Positions 9,509 through 19,309 of a stretch of DNA of 64,000 bases are shown here, in pieces. How positions within the stretch are numbered: the first letter of the stretch is position 1; each line of letters starts with the position of its first letter. Location of the stretch: positions 1-64,000 of the forward strand of contig JBEKHC010000006.1 in NCBI GenBank assembly GCA_050012475.1. The letters are read 5' to 3'. Below the pieces are notes generated by a model. The model was not told where the DNA came from and did no database searches. It saw only the letters and a program-made list of their open reading frames with translations. The stretch comes from Candidatus Velthaea sp. (GTDB lineage: Bacteria > Vulcanimicrobiota > Vulcanimicrobiia > Vulcanimicrobiales > Vulcanimicrobiaceae). The position numbers and the translations under genes are program-made.

Positions 9509-11242
9509 ATGTATCGCATGCTTCACGTCGTGCGCACGGCAGCCGCGGCTCTCGTCCTCGTGCTGCTCGCGCAGGGAGCGGCGCAAGGGGCGCAGCCGCG
9601 GCGCACGATCCTGTTCGGCTGCCCAATCGCGCTGACCGGCATTCTGGCCAACGAAGGCCGGCTCTTACAACAAGGCTACGATCTGTGGGCCGGCTACGTG
9701 AACGCGCACGGCGGCTTGCGGGTCGGCGCCGCCAGCTATCCGGTCGCGATCCGCTACCTCGACGACACCTCCACGCCGGCCCAAACCGCGCGCGCTGCAG
9801 AGCAGCTCATCACCGCAGACCACGTCGACTTTCTGCTCGGGCCGTATGGATCGGCCCAGACGTTTGCCGCTGCCGCGATCGCCGAGCAGCATCACGTTCC
9901 GATGGTCGCGAGCACCGGAGCCGCGGAGCGAGCATTCGATCAGGGCTACCACTTCATCTTTAGCGTGATCGCGCCGGCGCGGAAGTACTTCGCCGGAATC
10001 ATCGAATTCGCGGTCCGGCGCACGCCGCGCCCGCAAACCGTCGCCATCAGTTCGGCCAGCGACGAATTTTCCCGCGAGGTCCAGCAGGGCGCCGTGCAAT
10101 CGGCCAACGACCACGGTTTCCGCGTCGTTTATGCCCAGCAATACTCGGGCGACAAGGCCAGCGTCGACGCAACCGCCGCCGCGATCGCCGCCAAACGGCC
10201 CGATATCATCCTCAACGCCGGTCACTTGCACGACGCCATGGCGCTGCATCGCGCACTGCTGCGGCAGGGCGGAACGCCCAAAATCTACGGTTATACCGTC
10301 GGACCCGACACGGCGGATTTTCGCACCGCGTTCGGCGCGGACGCGCAAGGCGTGATGGAGAGCGCCCAATGGTCGCCGGCCGTGTCGTATGCCGGCGACC
10401 CCGGATTTTATCGCACGGCAGCGGAGTACAGCGCCGCGTTCACGCGCGAAGTAGGACACCCGCCCGAATATCATTCCGCCGAAGCAAGTGCGGCCGGGAT
10501 TGCCTTCGCCGATGCGATCGTCGCCGCCGGAACGCTCGAGCCCAACGCGGTTCGCAGGGCCTTGTCGCAGCTCAACGTGCTGACGTTCTTTGGCCCGCTG
10601 CGCTTCGACGAACGCGGCGTCAACGTCTACAAACCCATGGTCATCGATCAGATTCAAGGTCGGGACCTCGTCACGATCTATCCGTACCGGCTCGCCAACG
10701 CGCTGCCGATCTACCCGGCCCCGAGCGGAGCGGGCGAACTCGCGGCGCACGGTTCAGCCGACATCATCACCCACGACTTTCGCATCGAAACCGATCGAAC
10801 CGATTCCGACCTCACCGACGGCAGCTTCAGCATGCCGCATCCGGTCAGGCTCATTCGCCCGGGCATCGATGTCGTCGGCGATAGCGCGAAAGGCAACACC
10901 CGCGACGGCATGGTCACCGTTACCGGTCATGCGGTTTTTCGCCAGGGCCTCCTCGCAGCGGACGGTGTCGCGCGGGCCGCTTCCCCGCCCAGTCCGGGGA
11001 CGCTGCAATGCGACGAGCTCCAGGTCGACTCCAAGCGCAACATCGACGTTGCCACCGGCAACGTCGTCTTCGCGCAAGGCTCGCGCCGGGCGACGGCGGA
11101 GAACGGCCGGCTCGACGAGAATGCACACGAGCTGTTTCTCTCGGGCAACGTCCGGCTGGCCGACGGCGATCAAGTCCTCACCGCGCAGACGATTCGTTAC
11201 GACACGCTCACCAAGAAGGTCATCAGCAGCGCTGGCCCGTGA
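9509..11242 (+). CDS. Branched-chain amino acid ABC substrate-binding protein fused to an OstA/LptA-like C-terminal domain
   Basis: Signal peptide; VDFLLGPYGS; TFFGPLRFDERG; then a beta-jellyroll-like tail (VTVTGHA, VATGNVVFAQG, LFLSGNVRL, AQTIRYD). Confidence 0.8.
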   Translation: MYRMLHVVRTAAAALVLVLLAQGAAQGAQPRRTILFGCPIALTGILANEGRLLQQGYDLWAGYVNAHGGLRVGAASYPVAIRYLDDTSTPAQTARAAEQLITADHVDFLLGPYGSAQTFAAAAIAEQHHVPMVASTGAAERAFDQGYHFIFSVIAPARKYFAGIIEFAVRRTPRPQTVAISSASDEFSREVQQGAVQSANDHGFRVVYAQQYSGDKASVDATAAAIAAKRPDIILNAGHLHDAMALHRALLRQGGTPKIYGYTVGPDTADFRTAFGADAQGVMESAQWSPAVSYAGDPGFYRTAAEYSAAFTREVGHPPEYHSAEASAAGIAFADAIVAAGTLEPNAVRRALSQLNVLTFFGPLRFDERGVNVYKPMVIDQIQGRDLVTIYPYRLANALPIYPAPSGAGELAAHGSADIITHDFRIETDRTDSDLTDGSFSMPHPVRLIRPGIDVVGDSAKGNTRDGMVTVTGHAVFRQGLLAADGVARAASPPSPGTLQCDELQVDSKRNIDVATGNVVFAQGSRRATAENGRLDENAHELFLSGNVRLADGDQVLTAQTIRYDTLTKKVISSAGP

Positions 11243-11296
11243 TCCCGCCCGATCGGCCCACGGGCCTTCGCCTGCCGTGTCATTGTTCGCCCAGCG

Positions 11297-12373
11297 CTAC
11301 GTTTTGAGTTCGTGCCGCCGCTGCGGCCCCGTCGGGATCGCGAAGTCGCCGCGCAGATGACGGCTGGTAACGCGGCTGGGCTCTTGGCCATAGCTCTGCA
11401 AAACGTGGAGGTAGTTGGCGCGCTCGAAAGCGGCGGGATCGGTCACCTGCCGCTGACTGAGCGAACCGCGAAACTCGTCGAGCGACGTGAAACCATTCGA
11501 CTCCATCCACGTCACCAGACCGTCGCGCAGTGTTGCCATGTAGCCGGCGCCGTGCCGCAGCAGCGCCGAGGTCGTCATCACGACATCGGCGCCGGCCAGC
11601 AGATACTTCACGGCCTCTGCGGAAGTCTCGAGCCCGGTGCTGGCGGCCAGCGAGAGCTTGAGCCGGCCCGCGAGCACCGCCGTCCAGAGGAGCGGCAAGC
11701 GAATCTCCTGCTTGCTGCTGAGTTGAAGATCCGCGACCAGCGAGAGATCGGCCAAATCGATATCGGGCTGATAGAAGCGATTGAACAACACCAGCGCGTC
11801 GGCGCCAGCATCTTGCAGCCGCCGCGCAAACGCGAACGGAGCGCTGAAGTACGGGCTGAGCTTGACGGCGATCGGAATGCGCACCGACTGCTTCACGGCG
11901 CGCAGGATGTCGATGTACCGGCGTTCGACGTCGCCGGCATCGAGGGCGGCATCGGCCGGAATGAAGTAGATGTTCAACTCGATGCCGCTTGCACCGGCCT
12001 GTTCGAGCTGTTTCGCGAAATCGATCCAGCCCGTGTCGGTCGTGCCGTTCAAGCTCGCGATGATCGGAATACCGACCGCGGCGCGCGCTCGCCGAACGAT
12101 ATCCAGATACGGCCGCGTGCCCGACTCGAACAATACCGGGTCCGGAAAATACGTCAGGGCCTCGGGTGAGCTGTCACTGGCGACGGACATGCCGCGCTCG
12201 AGTTCCTCGCGCTCGGCGTCAATTTGCTCCTCGAAGAGCGAGGGCAGGACGATCGCTCCCGCGCCGTTCTCCGCGAGACGCTGAATGTTCGCGATGTTGC
12301 GGGTCAGCGGCGACGCGGAGGCGACGAGCGGGCTCGACAGGTTCAACCCCATGTAGGTGGTTGCCAGCTTCAT
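11297..12373 (-). CDS. Dihydroorotate dehydrogenase-like flavoprotein
   Basis: LATTYMGLNLSSPLVASASP, SLFEEQI, IASLNG, VKLSPYF, LFNRFYQPDIDL. Confidence 0.9.
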   Translation of the reverse strand: MKLATTYMGLNLSSPLVASASPLTRNIANIQRLAENGAGAIVLPSLFEEQIDAEREELERGMSVASDSSPEALTYFPDPVLFESGTRPYLDIVRRARAAVGIPIIASLNGTTDTGWIDFAKQLEQAGASGIELNIYFIPADAALDAGDVERRYIDILRAVKQSVRIPIAVKLSPYFSAPFAFARRLQDAGADALVLFNRFYQPDIDLADLSLVADLQLSSKQEIRLPLLWTAVLAGRLKLSLAASTGLETSAEAVKYLLAGADVVMTTSALLRHGAGYMATLRDGLVTWMESNGFTSLDEFRGSLSQRQVTDPAAFERANYLHVLQSYGQEPSRVTSRHLRGDFAIPTGPQRRHELKT

Positions 12374-12643
12374 AAATGTGGGCTCCGGAGAGTGGGAACA
12401 CGTTATACCGCCGGGCGGTCCATTGCTCCTCGAACCTTCCTTGCTCGAGCGACGCACAAAGCGCAGTTTTCGACCAAGTAGGCACCGGCGCCGGCCGCGA
12501 GGGGTTTCACCATGCCGCCGGCAACGACGGGATCGGCGACCCGCCGAGGCCATCGTCCGGCTATCATAGCCCGTAGCGTCTTCTGTCACGGCACGAGCCT
12601 TGACGTGACCGGCGGCTGTTCGCTCCGCGCTGGCGGCGGTGTT

Positions 12644-13084
12644 TTATTGCACCCGGAACGAACCGAGGCTCGTCGTGGGAACGCAAGTGCTGTTGGCATT
12701 GTTCAGATAGACCGTCAAGGTGCTTCCGGCGACGAACGTCACTCCGGGATTCCCGCTCGCCTGATACACCGGGCTGGCAAAACTCGGCACGGCATTCGGG
12801 GTCGGCAAGGGGTTGGGCGCCGCGCCGACCACGTTGAACAACAGGCCGTTTTGGGTCGTATTGTTGACTATGTAGGCTTGAAAGCCCGATGGGAGCGCCG
12901 TCGTGCTTCCGAGCACGACCAGACCAACGTTATCGGGAATGCCGCTCGAACCCGGCGCCGGATAGACCAGCACGGTTTGCGTGCCGCCGGGTGGACCGCA
13001 CGGGCCGGGATTCGACGAGCTGTTGCCGTTGCAGCCCGCCAAGAGCAACGCCGCAACCAAACCGAAGCCGATCGTCCCGCGCAT
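12644..13084 (-). CDS. Hypothetical lipoprotein
   Basis: GAGGAG RBS; lipobox LLLAGC; the upstream extension in the ORF track runs through the repeat and is not credited. Confidence 0.85.
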   Translation of the reverse strand: MRGTIGFGLVAALLLAGCNGNSSSNPGPCGPPGGTQTVLVYPAPGSSGIPDNVGLVVLGSTTALPSGFQAYIVNNTTQNGLLFNVVGAAPNPLPTPNAVPSFASPVYQASGNPGVTFVAGSTLTVYLNNANSTCVPTTSLGSFRVQ

Positions 13085-13237
13085 GCTGACTCCTCGCTCA
13101 ATCGACGTGACGTTAGGGCCGAAGGATCGTCTTCGTAGCACGGGGCCGCGTTTCGTTGTGGTTAATGCATTTTTAATCGGCGCGGCGGCTGGCGAGCACG
13201 CGAGGCGCTTGAGCGCCCGACGCACATTGCCTTCAGC

Positions 13238-13480
13238 GTGCACTGCGCAGCCAGCAACGCAGACGCGCACGGTGTAGCGAGCTACGCAGACGTTCACTGC
13301 ATAGCGAGCAACGCAGACGTTCACTGCGTAGCGCAACGCACGTATGACGAGCAACGCACACATAGCGAGCAACGCGCGCGTAGCGGGCAACGCAGAGGTG
13401 CACTGCGCAGCACAACGCACGTGTAGCGAGCAACGCGTAGCGAGTTGGGCAGACGTCCACTGCGTAGTCCAACGCACGTG
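13238..13480. repeat. Degenerate modular tandem array of 11 units (27/18/16/14 bp)
   Basis: Consensus GTAGCGAGCAACGCAGACGTTCACTGC and shorter GTAGC(GA)GCAACGCACGT; unit starts 13247, 13274, 13301, 13328, 13344, 13362, 13380, 13407, 13423, 13437, 13464. Confidence 0.9.
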
Positions 13481-13669
13481 TTTTTTCTCCCAACGCCGCA
13501 ATGTTTCTTATGAACGTTGCCGATTCCGCTTCGTCATTCCGCCGTATCGGACATAGCAATGAGCGATTCGTCGATTGATTCGACATTTGGACAAGGAGCG
13601 CACTTATCTGCGATTGTCATTCGTCGTTAAAGATTATTCCACGTTCGACTCCACATCATCGAGATTTGA

Positions 13670-13771
13670 CGTTACACCCTGAAACGTAACGCGAAACCGT
13701 TCGTAATTTAACCCGAATCAACCCGTTTTACGACTATTCCCATTTGAAAAATAGGGTTATCCTGAGATAAT
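13670..13771 (+). promoter_or_regulatory. Palindromic operator-like site and sigma70-like promoter
   Basis: CGTTAC-N10-GTAACG at 13670-13691; TTGAAA (13744)-16 nt-GATAAT (13766) with extended TG, ending 6 nt before ATG 13778 (possibly leaderless). Confidence 0.45.
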
Positions 13772-13777
13772 GAGGCT

Positions 13778-14113
13778 ATGGACACCGACGCGCAAGCAGC
13801 ACTTTCGGTTGCGTACCAATGGATCAGACAGACGGCGAACAGTTCGCGAGCAAATCGAGCGAACATTTGGCGGGCCGACGATTTCATCGCGCGCGCCGGC
13901 GAGTTCAACGCTCGCGTTCATCTCAGCACCGCGCCAAAACGCATCGGAGCTGATTGTATTCTGCTTTGGTTCTCGGCGAAGGCCGCCGGCGCGTCCGCCG
14001 TCATTTCGCTCGCCGGCGCAATCGATGCCGATATCGCCGCGATCGGTGCCGAGATCGCCGTTTACAACGCGCGCCGCAAATCGCCGGCCCCGCGGACGCG
14101 GCCGAGTTGCTGA
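13778..14113 (+). CDS. Hypothetical protein
   Basis: 111-aa ORF with normal composition directly behind a promoter-like sequence. Confidence 0.55.
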   Translation: MDTDAQAALSVAYQWIRQTANSSRANRANIWRADDFIARAGEFNARVHLSTAPKRIGADCILLWFSAKAAGASAVISLAGAIDADIAAIGAEIAVYNARRKSPAPRTRPSC

Positions 14114-14451
14114 GAGCTGCCCGAGCAATCGCATCCGTCGGAGCGGCGTACACCGTGCTGCTCGCGGTCTGCATCGGTGTGTGCGCGTTTTGCGGAATCG
14201 AAGGCGGGTTTCAACTCCATTTGAGCCACGATCATCCCGCGTTGGAGTGCGTGGTCAGTTACCTCTCGGACGGCGACAGCGTTTCGGCGCCGCCGTGTAA
14301 GATGCCGGACCAAAACGGTGAGACTTGGCGCTTACGCCTCGTCGCGCTGAACATGCTGGGGTTCGTCACCTTCGGCACGATCGCACTCGCGCTGCGGGAA
14401 ACGAGAAAGACCGTGGAAGTGACGCCGGGAGCTTGGCGCCGCAACAGCTAA
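14107..14451 (+). CDS. Small two-TM membrane protein
   Basis: TTG start overlapping the upstream stop; two hydrophobic helices. Confidence 0.5.
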   Translation: MLRAARAIASVGAAYTVLLAVCIGVCAFCGIEGGFQLHLSHDHPALECVVSYLSDGDSVSAPPCKMPDQNGETWRLRLVALNMLGFVTFGTIALALRETRKTVEVTPGAWRRNS

Positions 14452-14458
14452 AGAAATC

Positions 14459-14492
14459 CGCTTCGCGCATTCCGTCGCGTTTGGGCTTGGCG
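14459..14492 (+). repeat. Dispersed REP-like element copy
   Basis: CGCTTCGCGCATTCCGTCGCGTTTGGGCTTGGCG; 31/34 identical to the reverse complement of 51608-51641. Confidence 0.75.
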
Positions 14493-14573
14493 TTCTGATT
14501 TCACCGGCAGGCGAAGGATTTGGTTCCCTTGATGTCGCTTCGCTTGACGAAGAAGTCACGAAGGGAGCCGCGT

Positions 14574-15296
14574 GTGTCGCATCCGTTGACGATGATCACC
14601 GGAGCCAGTTCGGGGATCGGTGAGGCCTCGGCCCGAGCGTTTTCCGCCGCGGGTCATCCGCTGCTGTTGCTGGCGCGCCGGTTGGAACGGATGGAGGCGT
14701 TACAGCTGCCAAACACGCTGTGCCGCGCGGTCGACGTCCGCGACCGAGCGGCGATCGCCGCCGCCCTCAACGAAGCGGAAGGGCGCTATGGTCCGGTCGA
14801 TTGTGTCATCAACAATGCCGGCGTCGCGCATCTCGCGAACGTGCTCGAGCAAGACCCGCTCGAATGGGACGAGATGATCGCCGTGAACGCGACGGGCATG
14901 CTCAACGTGCTGCACGCGGTCATGAGCGCGATGGCAGCGCGGCGGCACGGAACCATCATCAATATGAGTTCGATCGCCGGCCGCAAGAACTATCCTGACC
15001 ACACCGTGTACGGCGGGACGAAGTATTTCGTGCACGCGGTCTCGGAAAGCATCCGCGGCAAGCTCGCCCCGTACGACGTGCGCGTGATGGTCGTCTCGCC
15101 GGGAATGGTCGAAACCGAGGTTCTCGATCACGTCACCGATCCCAAGACGCTTCGCAGCTATCAGGAGGCGAAGAACCGCATCGGCGGCGGCATCTCGGCC
15201 GATCATGTCGCTGCGTCGATGCTTTTCGCGTATGGGCTGCCGCAAAGCGTGCTGATCCAAGAACTTTGCCTGGCTCCTACGCGCCAACAATACTGA
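14574..15296 (+). CDS. SDR oxidoreductase
   Basis: ITGASSGIG, INNAG, YGGTK. Confidence 0.95.
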   Translation: MSHPLTMITGASSGIGEASARAFSAAGHPLLLLARRLERMEALQLPNTLCRAVDVRDRAAIAAALNEAEGRYGPVDCVINNAGVAHLANVLEQDPLEWDEMIAVNATGMLNVLHAVMSAMAARRHGTIINMSSIAGRKNYPDHTVYGGTKYFVHAVSESIRGKLAPYDVRVMVVSPGMVETEVLDHVTDPKTLRSYQEAKNRIGGGISADHVAASMLFAYGLPQSVLIQELCLAPTRQQY

Positions 15297-15374
15297 ACCA
15301 AGGCCGGCCCATGCGCGGGAGCGGGGACCGCGTCAACGGATGAAAAGGCCCCAATCGAGCCGAACCGGAGCGCG

Positions 15375-16016
15375 ATGAAGAGCCGATGGTCCGACGCCCA
15401 AGCGCAGGCGTTCGCGCACGCTTGCGACGTCACCGACGCGCACGCGGTCCGCGCTGCGTTCGACGCGATTGTGACGCGCTTCGGCGGCGTCGACATCGTC
15501 GTTTCAAACGCCGGCGCGGCCTGGACCGGCATGTTGGCCGACCTCGACGATGCCGTGCTGCGCAAGAGTTTCGAACTTAATTTTTTCGCTCATCAGTACG
15601 TTGCAAGCACGGCCGTGCGGATCATGCGCCAGCAACGCCACGGCGGCGTGCTGCTCTTCAACGTGTCCAAGCAGGCCGTGAATCCAGGCCCGGGTTTCGG
15701 CGCGTACGGCCTAGCTAAAGCGGCACTGCTCGCGCTGGTTCGGCAGTACGCGCTCGAGCACGGTGCCGACGGCATCCGCTCCAACGCCGTCAATGCCGAT
15801 CGCATCCGCTCGGGCCTGCTCACCGACCGTTTCATCGCCGAGCGGGCGCGCGCACGCGGTGTAAGCGAACGCGAGTACATGGGCGGCAACCTGCTGCACG
15901 AAGAGGTGCTGGCCGACGACGTCGCGCAGGCGTTCGTGACCTCGGCGCTGCTCGAAAAGACGACCGGCAACGTCATGACCGTCGACGGCGGAAACGTGGC
16001 GGCGATGCTTCGCTGA
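15375..16016 (+). pseudogene. Internally deleted bifunctional aldolase/short-chain dehydrogenase (RhaD-like)
   Basis: N-terminal MKSRWSDAQAQAFA typical of the aldolase-SDR fusion joins directly to CDVTD...VSNAG...YGLAK; the aldolase domain and GxxxGxG are absent. Confidence 0.65.
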
Positions 16017-16101
16017 CGGCACGTCCGGCGAAGGACCGACCGGCGCGGTCGATAACACTCCTCTCTGCCGTCCGATCCTGGAAAAAAGTCTCTTTGAGCC
16101 G

Positions 16102-16503
16102 ATGAGTCAGCTGGCTGAGATGGCTTCGTTCTGGACGTCGCTGGGAAATCCGTACCGCTCGGTGCTGACGAGCCTGACGCACTACGAGGGCTTGGATCCC
16201 GCGGTGCAGGAGATCGCGGTTCTCGCGCTCATGCACAACATGGCGTCGATGTTGAAGAACCCGGAAAAGATCAAGACCACGTTGAGCGCCGAGATAGCGC
16301 GTTCCGCGTCTGTTGCGGCGCTAGTGCCCCGCTTGATCCGGCGAACTCGCGAGAAACATGCATTCAAACCGCTCGACATAGGAGAGTGCGTCGGCGTGTT
16401 TGAGCGGCGGGCCGGTGAGATGCCCTTGCACCGCATCGCAACCTTCAGCACGCAGGAACTCGAGCTGATCGTTCGATTGAACTCCCTCGGCGATAACGAG
16501 TAA
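16102..16503 (+). CDS. Hypothetical protein overlapping the convergent phytochrome 3' end
   Basis: First ~70 codons look coding; the last 183 nt are antisense to the EAL domain. Confidence 0.4.
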   Translation: MSQLAEMASFWTSLGNPYRSVLTSLTHYEGLDPAVQEIAVLALMHNMASMLKNPEKIKTTLSAEIARSASVAALVPRLIRRTREKHAFKPLDIGECVGVFERRAGEMPLHRIATFSTQELELIVRLNSLGDNE

Positions 16504-19194
16504 ATTGAGGCTATGCGCCATCGCGATGATCGCCCGGACGATCGCGGCATCGTCCGGCAGCGTCGTAATGTCGCGCACGAAGGTCTGGTCGATCTTCAAG
16601 ATGTGCACCGGAAGGCGCTTGAGGTAGCCCAGCGAGGAGTAACCCGTGCCGAAATCATCGATCGCGATGCGCACGCCGTTCTTGGCCAGCGCCCGCAGTG
16701 TCGCAATCGCGTACGCTTCATCGCCGATCAGCAGACTCTCGGTAATCTCGATTTGCAGCGCCTCGGGAGCAAGTCCGGTCGCAGCCAGCGCTTCGTTGAC
16801 GGTGGGCAGAAAACGCGTATCGGCAAACTGACGGGCCGAAACGTTCACCGAAACCGACGCTGCCTCGGGGTTGCCGTTGATTCGCCACAGTGCAGCATGC
16901 CCGCACGCGGCCCGCAGCATCGCGGCGCCGAGCGATACGATGAGATGCGATTTTTCGGCGAACGCGATGAACTGCGAGGGCGGCAAAATCCCGCGGTCGG
17001 GTGAGATCCAACGCGCCAGTGCTTCCATCGATTTGAGCCGTCCGGATCGAATATCGACGATCGGCTGGTAGTAGGGGACGAACTCGCCGCGTTCCAAGCC
17101 GCGCTGCATCCGGCGCTGCAGCGCGATCACCTCGGAAGCAGCGCGGTCCTGCGTCTCGCCGAAGCGCCCAAGACGGTTGTGGACCAGCTCCTTCGAGCGC
17201 AGCATCGCGGCGTCGGCATGCCGTACGAGCGTTTCGGCATCTTGCCCGTCGACCGGATAGACGGCGACGCCCATGCTCGCGGTGAATCGAAGTTCCTGGG
17301 CATTTGCCACGATCAACGGTTCGGAGATTGCGGTCAGGATCGCGTTCGCTACCGTTTGCACGTCGGTTTCGGTCGCAAGCGGCGCTGTCAAGACGACGAA
17401 CTGATCCGCACCGAACCGCGCGACCGTGTCCTCGGGCCGCACGCAGCGCCGCAGCCGCTCCGCGACGGCCTGCAAGACGCGGTCGCCCACGGCCTGTCCG
17501 AACGTATCGTTCAATCGCTTGAAGCGATCGATGTCGAAAAACAGCACGGCAAGCAAAGCGCCGTTGCCCATTGCTTCGCTCAGTGCGGTGTTGAAGGTCG
17601 CGCGGTTCGGTAATCGGGTGAGCGGATCATGATCGGCAAGATAGCGGATCCGCTCGTCGGCCCGCCGCCGGTCGAGGGCATGCGCGCGCTCGATGATCCG
17701 CTGGCGCACGACGCGCGCCGTGTCGGCATCGTGCTCCGACCAAGGCAAACTTCGCCCGCGAATCGTTTCCTTGGTCAGTCGCAGCGGCGTGCGCGGACCC
17801 GGCGCGCCGTTCTCATCCATCGCGGCTGCACGCACGACACCGCTCCACTCGACGACTTGGATCGTTTCTTGACGGAAACATAGGACATACTCATCGCACG
17901 AGCCCGAGAGCGCCAGCAAGAGCGCTCCGCCCGGCAAGTTCGCACCCAAGCTCGCCGGCGCAACGAAGTCCGCCAGACGATCGGTCGATGCGACACCGTT
18001 GTCGGCAATACGGAAAAGCTCGGCGGCGATCTGCCCCACGCCCCGTTCGTCCGGCACGCTGCCGGCCCAGCGAAACGTTCCGGCGTGTCGCACGACGACC
18101 CCTTGCGCGCAGAACAAGTCGAACAGATCGTGGGCCGCTGCGATGAGGCCGACGCCGATGTCGTCATACGCGGCCAGATTGCGGCTATGCGATCCGACCA
18201 GCGCGCTCGTGCGAACCTTGGCCTCGAAGGTCCGGGCTTCCATTCGCGACGCAAGCTGCAGGGCCAACACGTCCGCCAGCAGCATGCAAAGCGCGCGCTT
18301 CGCGTAGTCGATGCGATACGGCTTGCGGTGGTGACACATGATGAGGCCCCAAAGCCGGCGGCGGATGACGATCGAAATCGACATCGACGCACCAACGCCC
18401 AGGTTGCGCAAGTACTCACGGTGCACCGGCGAGACGCCGCGCAACATTGCCGGCGACAAGTCGACGACGCACTCGTCCGACAACGCCGGGGCGACGATCA
18501 GCGGAACCGGCACGGAGCCGACATCGGGGATGATCCGCAGCACGCTTTTTGGGGAGAGCCGCGGCGCTTGCTCGGGGAGGTCGTCCGCTGGGAAGTGCAG
18601 GCCCAAGAAAGCCGCCGAAAGTTTTTCGCTGGTGACTTCCGCGATGACTTCGCCATTGAAGGCAGGATCAAAACGATAGACCATGGCGCGATCGAACCCG
18701 GTGATCTTTTGAACGGTGGCGGCGCTGAGGCTTACCAATTCCGTGATCTCGAGCGTTCGTTCCATCCGCGCGAGCAGCATGCTCATTTGCGCATACGAAT
18801 CGACCTGCGCGCCGCCGTCGTCCACACAGAGAACTTCGAGTTCGAGGATGACCGACGTCGCCGAGCGATGCGCGACGCACTCGAACCTGAGCGGCGTGCC
18901 GCCGGCGTCCCACTCGAATCGCAGCGGGTTGGCTGCGACGAGCTCACCTTGGCGAACGCCGGCTTCGAGACGGCTCCCCAGCGCGACACCGAAAATCGCG
19001 TTCAATCCCGCGCCGCACGCGGCCGCAGCAGGGATCCCAAGCAGTGGTTCGATGTTCGCGCTGACGTGAGTGACGGTGAAGGTCGTGGCAGCGAGCACGA
19101 TGAGCACACCGTGCGGCTGAATACTGCACGGCATGAGGATCGGCTCTGTCGCGCAACGCGATCTCTCGTCGGGCGAGCGCGCCTGATCGGTCAT
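16321..19194 (-). CDS. Bacteriophytochrome (PAS-GAF-PHY) with GGDEF-EAL output
   Basis: N-terminal Cys in CATEPI..SIQPHG; DRAMVYRF; GLHFPADDLP; SPVHREYLRNLGV; GADQF; EAL; DDFGTGYSSL. Confidence 0.92.
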   Translation of the reverse strand: MTDQARSPDERSRCATEPILMPCSIQPHGVLIVLAATTFTVTHVSANIEPLLGIPAAAACGAGLNAIFGVALGSRLEAGVRQGELVAANPLRFEWDAGGTPLRFECVAHRSATSVILELEVLCVDDGGAQVDSYAQMSMLLARMERTLEITELVSLSAATVQKITGFDRAMVYRFDPAFNGEVIAEVTSEKLSAAFLGLHFPADDLPEQAPRLSPKSVLRIIPDVGSVPVPLIVAPALSDECVVDLSPAMLRGVSPVHREYLRNLGVGASMSISIVIRRRLWGLIMCHHRKPYRIDYAKRALCMLLADVLALQLASRMEARTFEAKVRTSALVGSHSRNLAAYDDIGVGLIAAAHDLFDLFCAQGVVVRHAGTFRWAGSVPDERGVGQIAAELFRIADNGVASTDRLADFVAPASLGANLPGGALLLALSGSCDEYVLCFRQETIQVVEWSGVVRAAAMDENGAPGPRTPLRLTKETIRGRSLPWSEHDADTARVVRQRIIERAHALDRRRADERIRYLADHDPLTRLPNRATFNTALSEAMGNGALLAVLFFDIDRFKRLNDTFGQAVGDRVLQAVAERLRRCVRPEDTVARFGADQFVVLTAPLATETDVQTVANAILTAISEPLIVANAQELRFTASMGVAVYPVDGQDAETLVRHADAAMLRSKELVHNRLGRFGETQDRAASEVIALQRRMQRGLERGEFVPYYQPIVDIRSGRLKSMEALARWISPDRGILPPSQFIAFAEKSHLIVSLGAAMLRAACGHAALWRINGNPEAASVSVNVSARQFADTRFLPTVNEALAATGLAPEALQIEITESLLIGDEAYAIATLRALAKNGVRIAIDDFGTGYSSLGYLKRLPVHILKIDQTFVRDITTLPDDAAIVRAIIAMAHSLNLLVIAEGVQSNDQLEFLRAEGCDAVQGHLTGPPLKHADALSYVERFECMFLASSPDQAGH

Positions 19195-19309
19195 CGACTA
19201 TCGTTTTTTCCAGCTGCTCTGCATCGCAGCCCCGCCGCAGAGCGCGCCGCCGGCGGCCCTTGATTTGTAGACCCCGATAGTATTCGAAGTGTGCCTAGCC
19301 CCGACCCTT

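Noticed and set aside
13085..13586. ORFs through the repeat array (13233-13586, 13238-13426, extension to 13501)
   Set aside because: Unit lengths of 16 and 14 shift the frame, so the peptide repeat is not maintained; the lipoprotein has its own RBS and ATG at 13084
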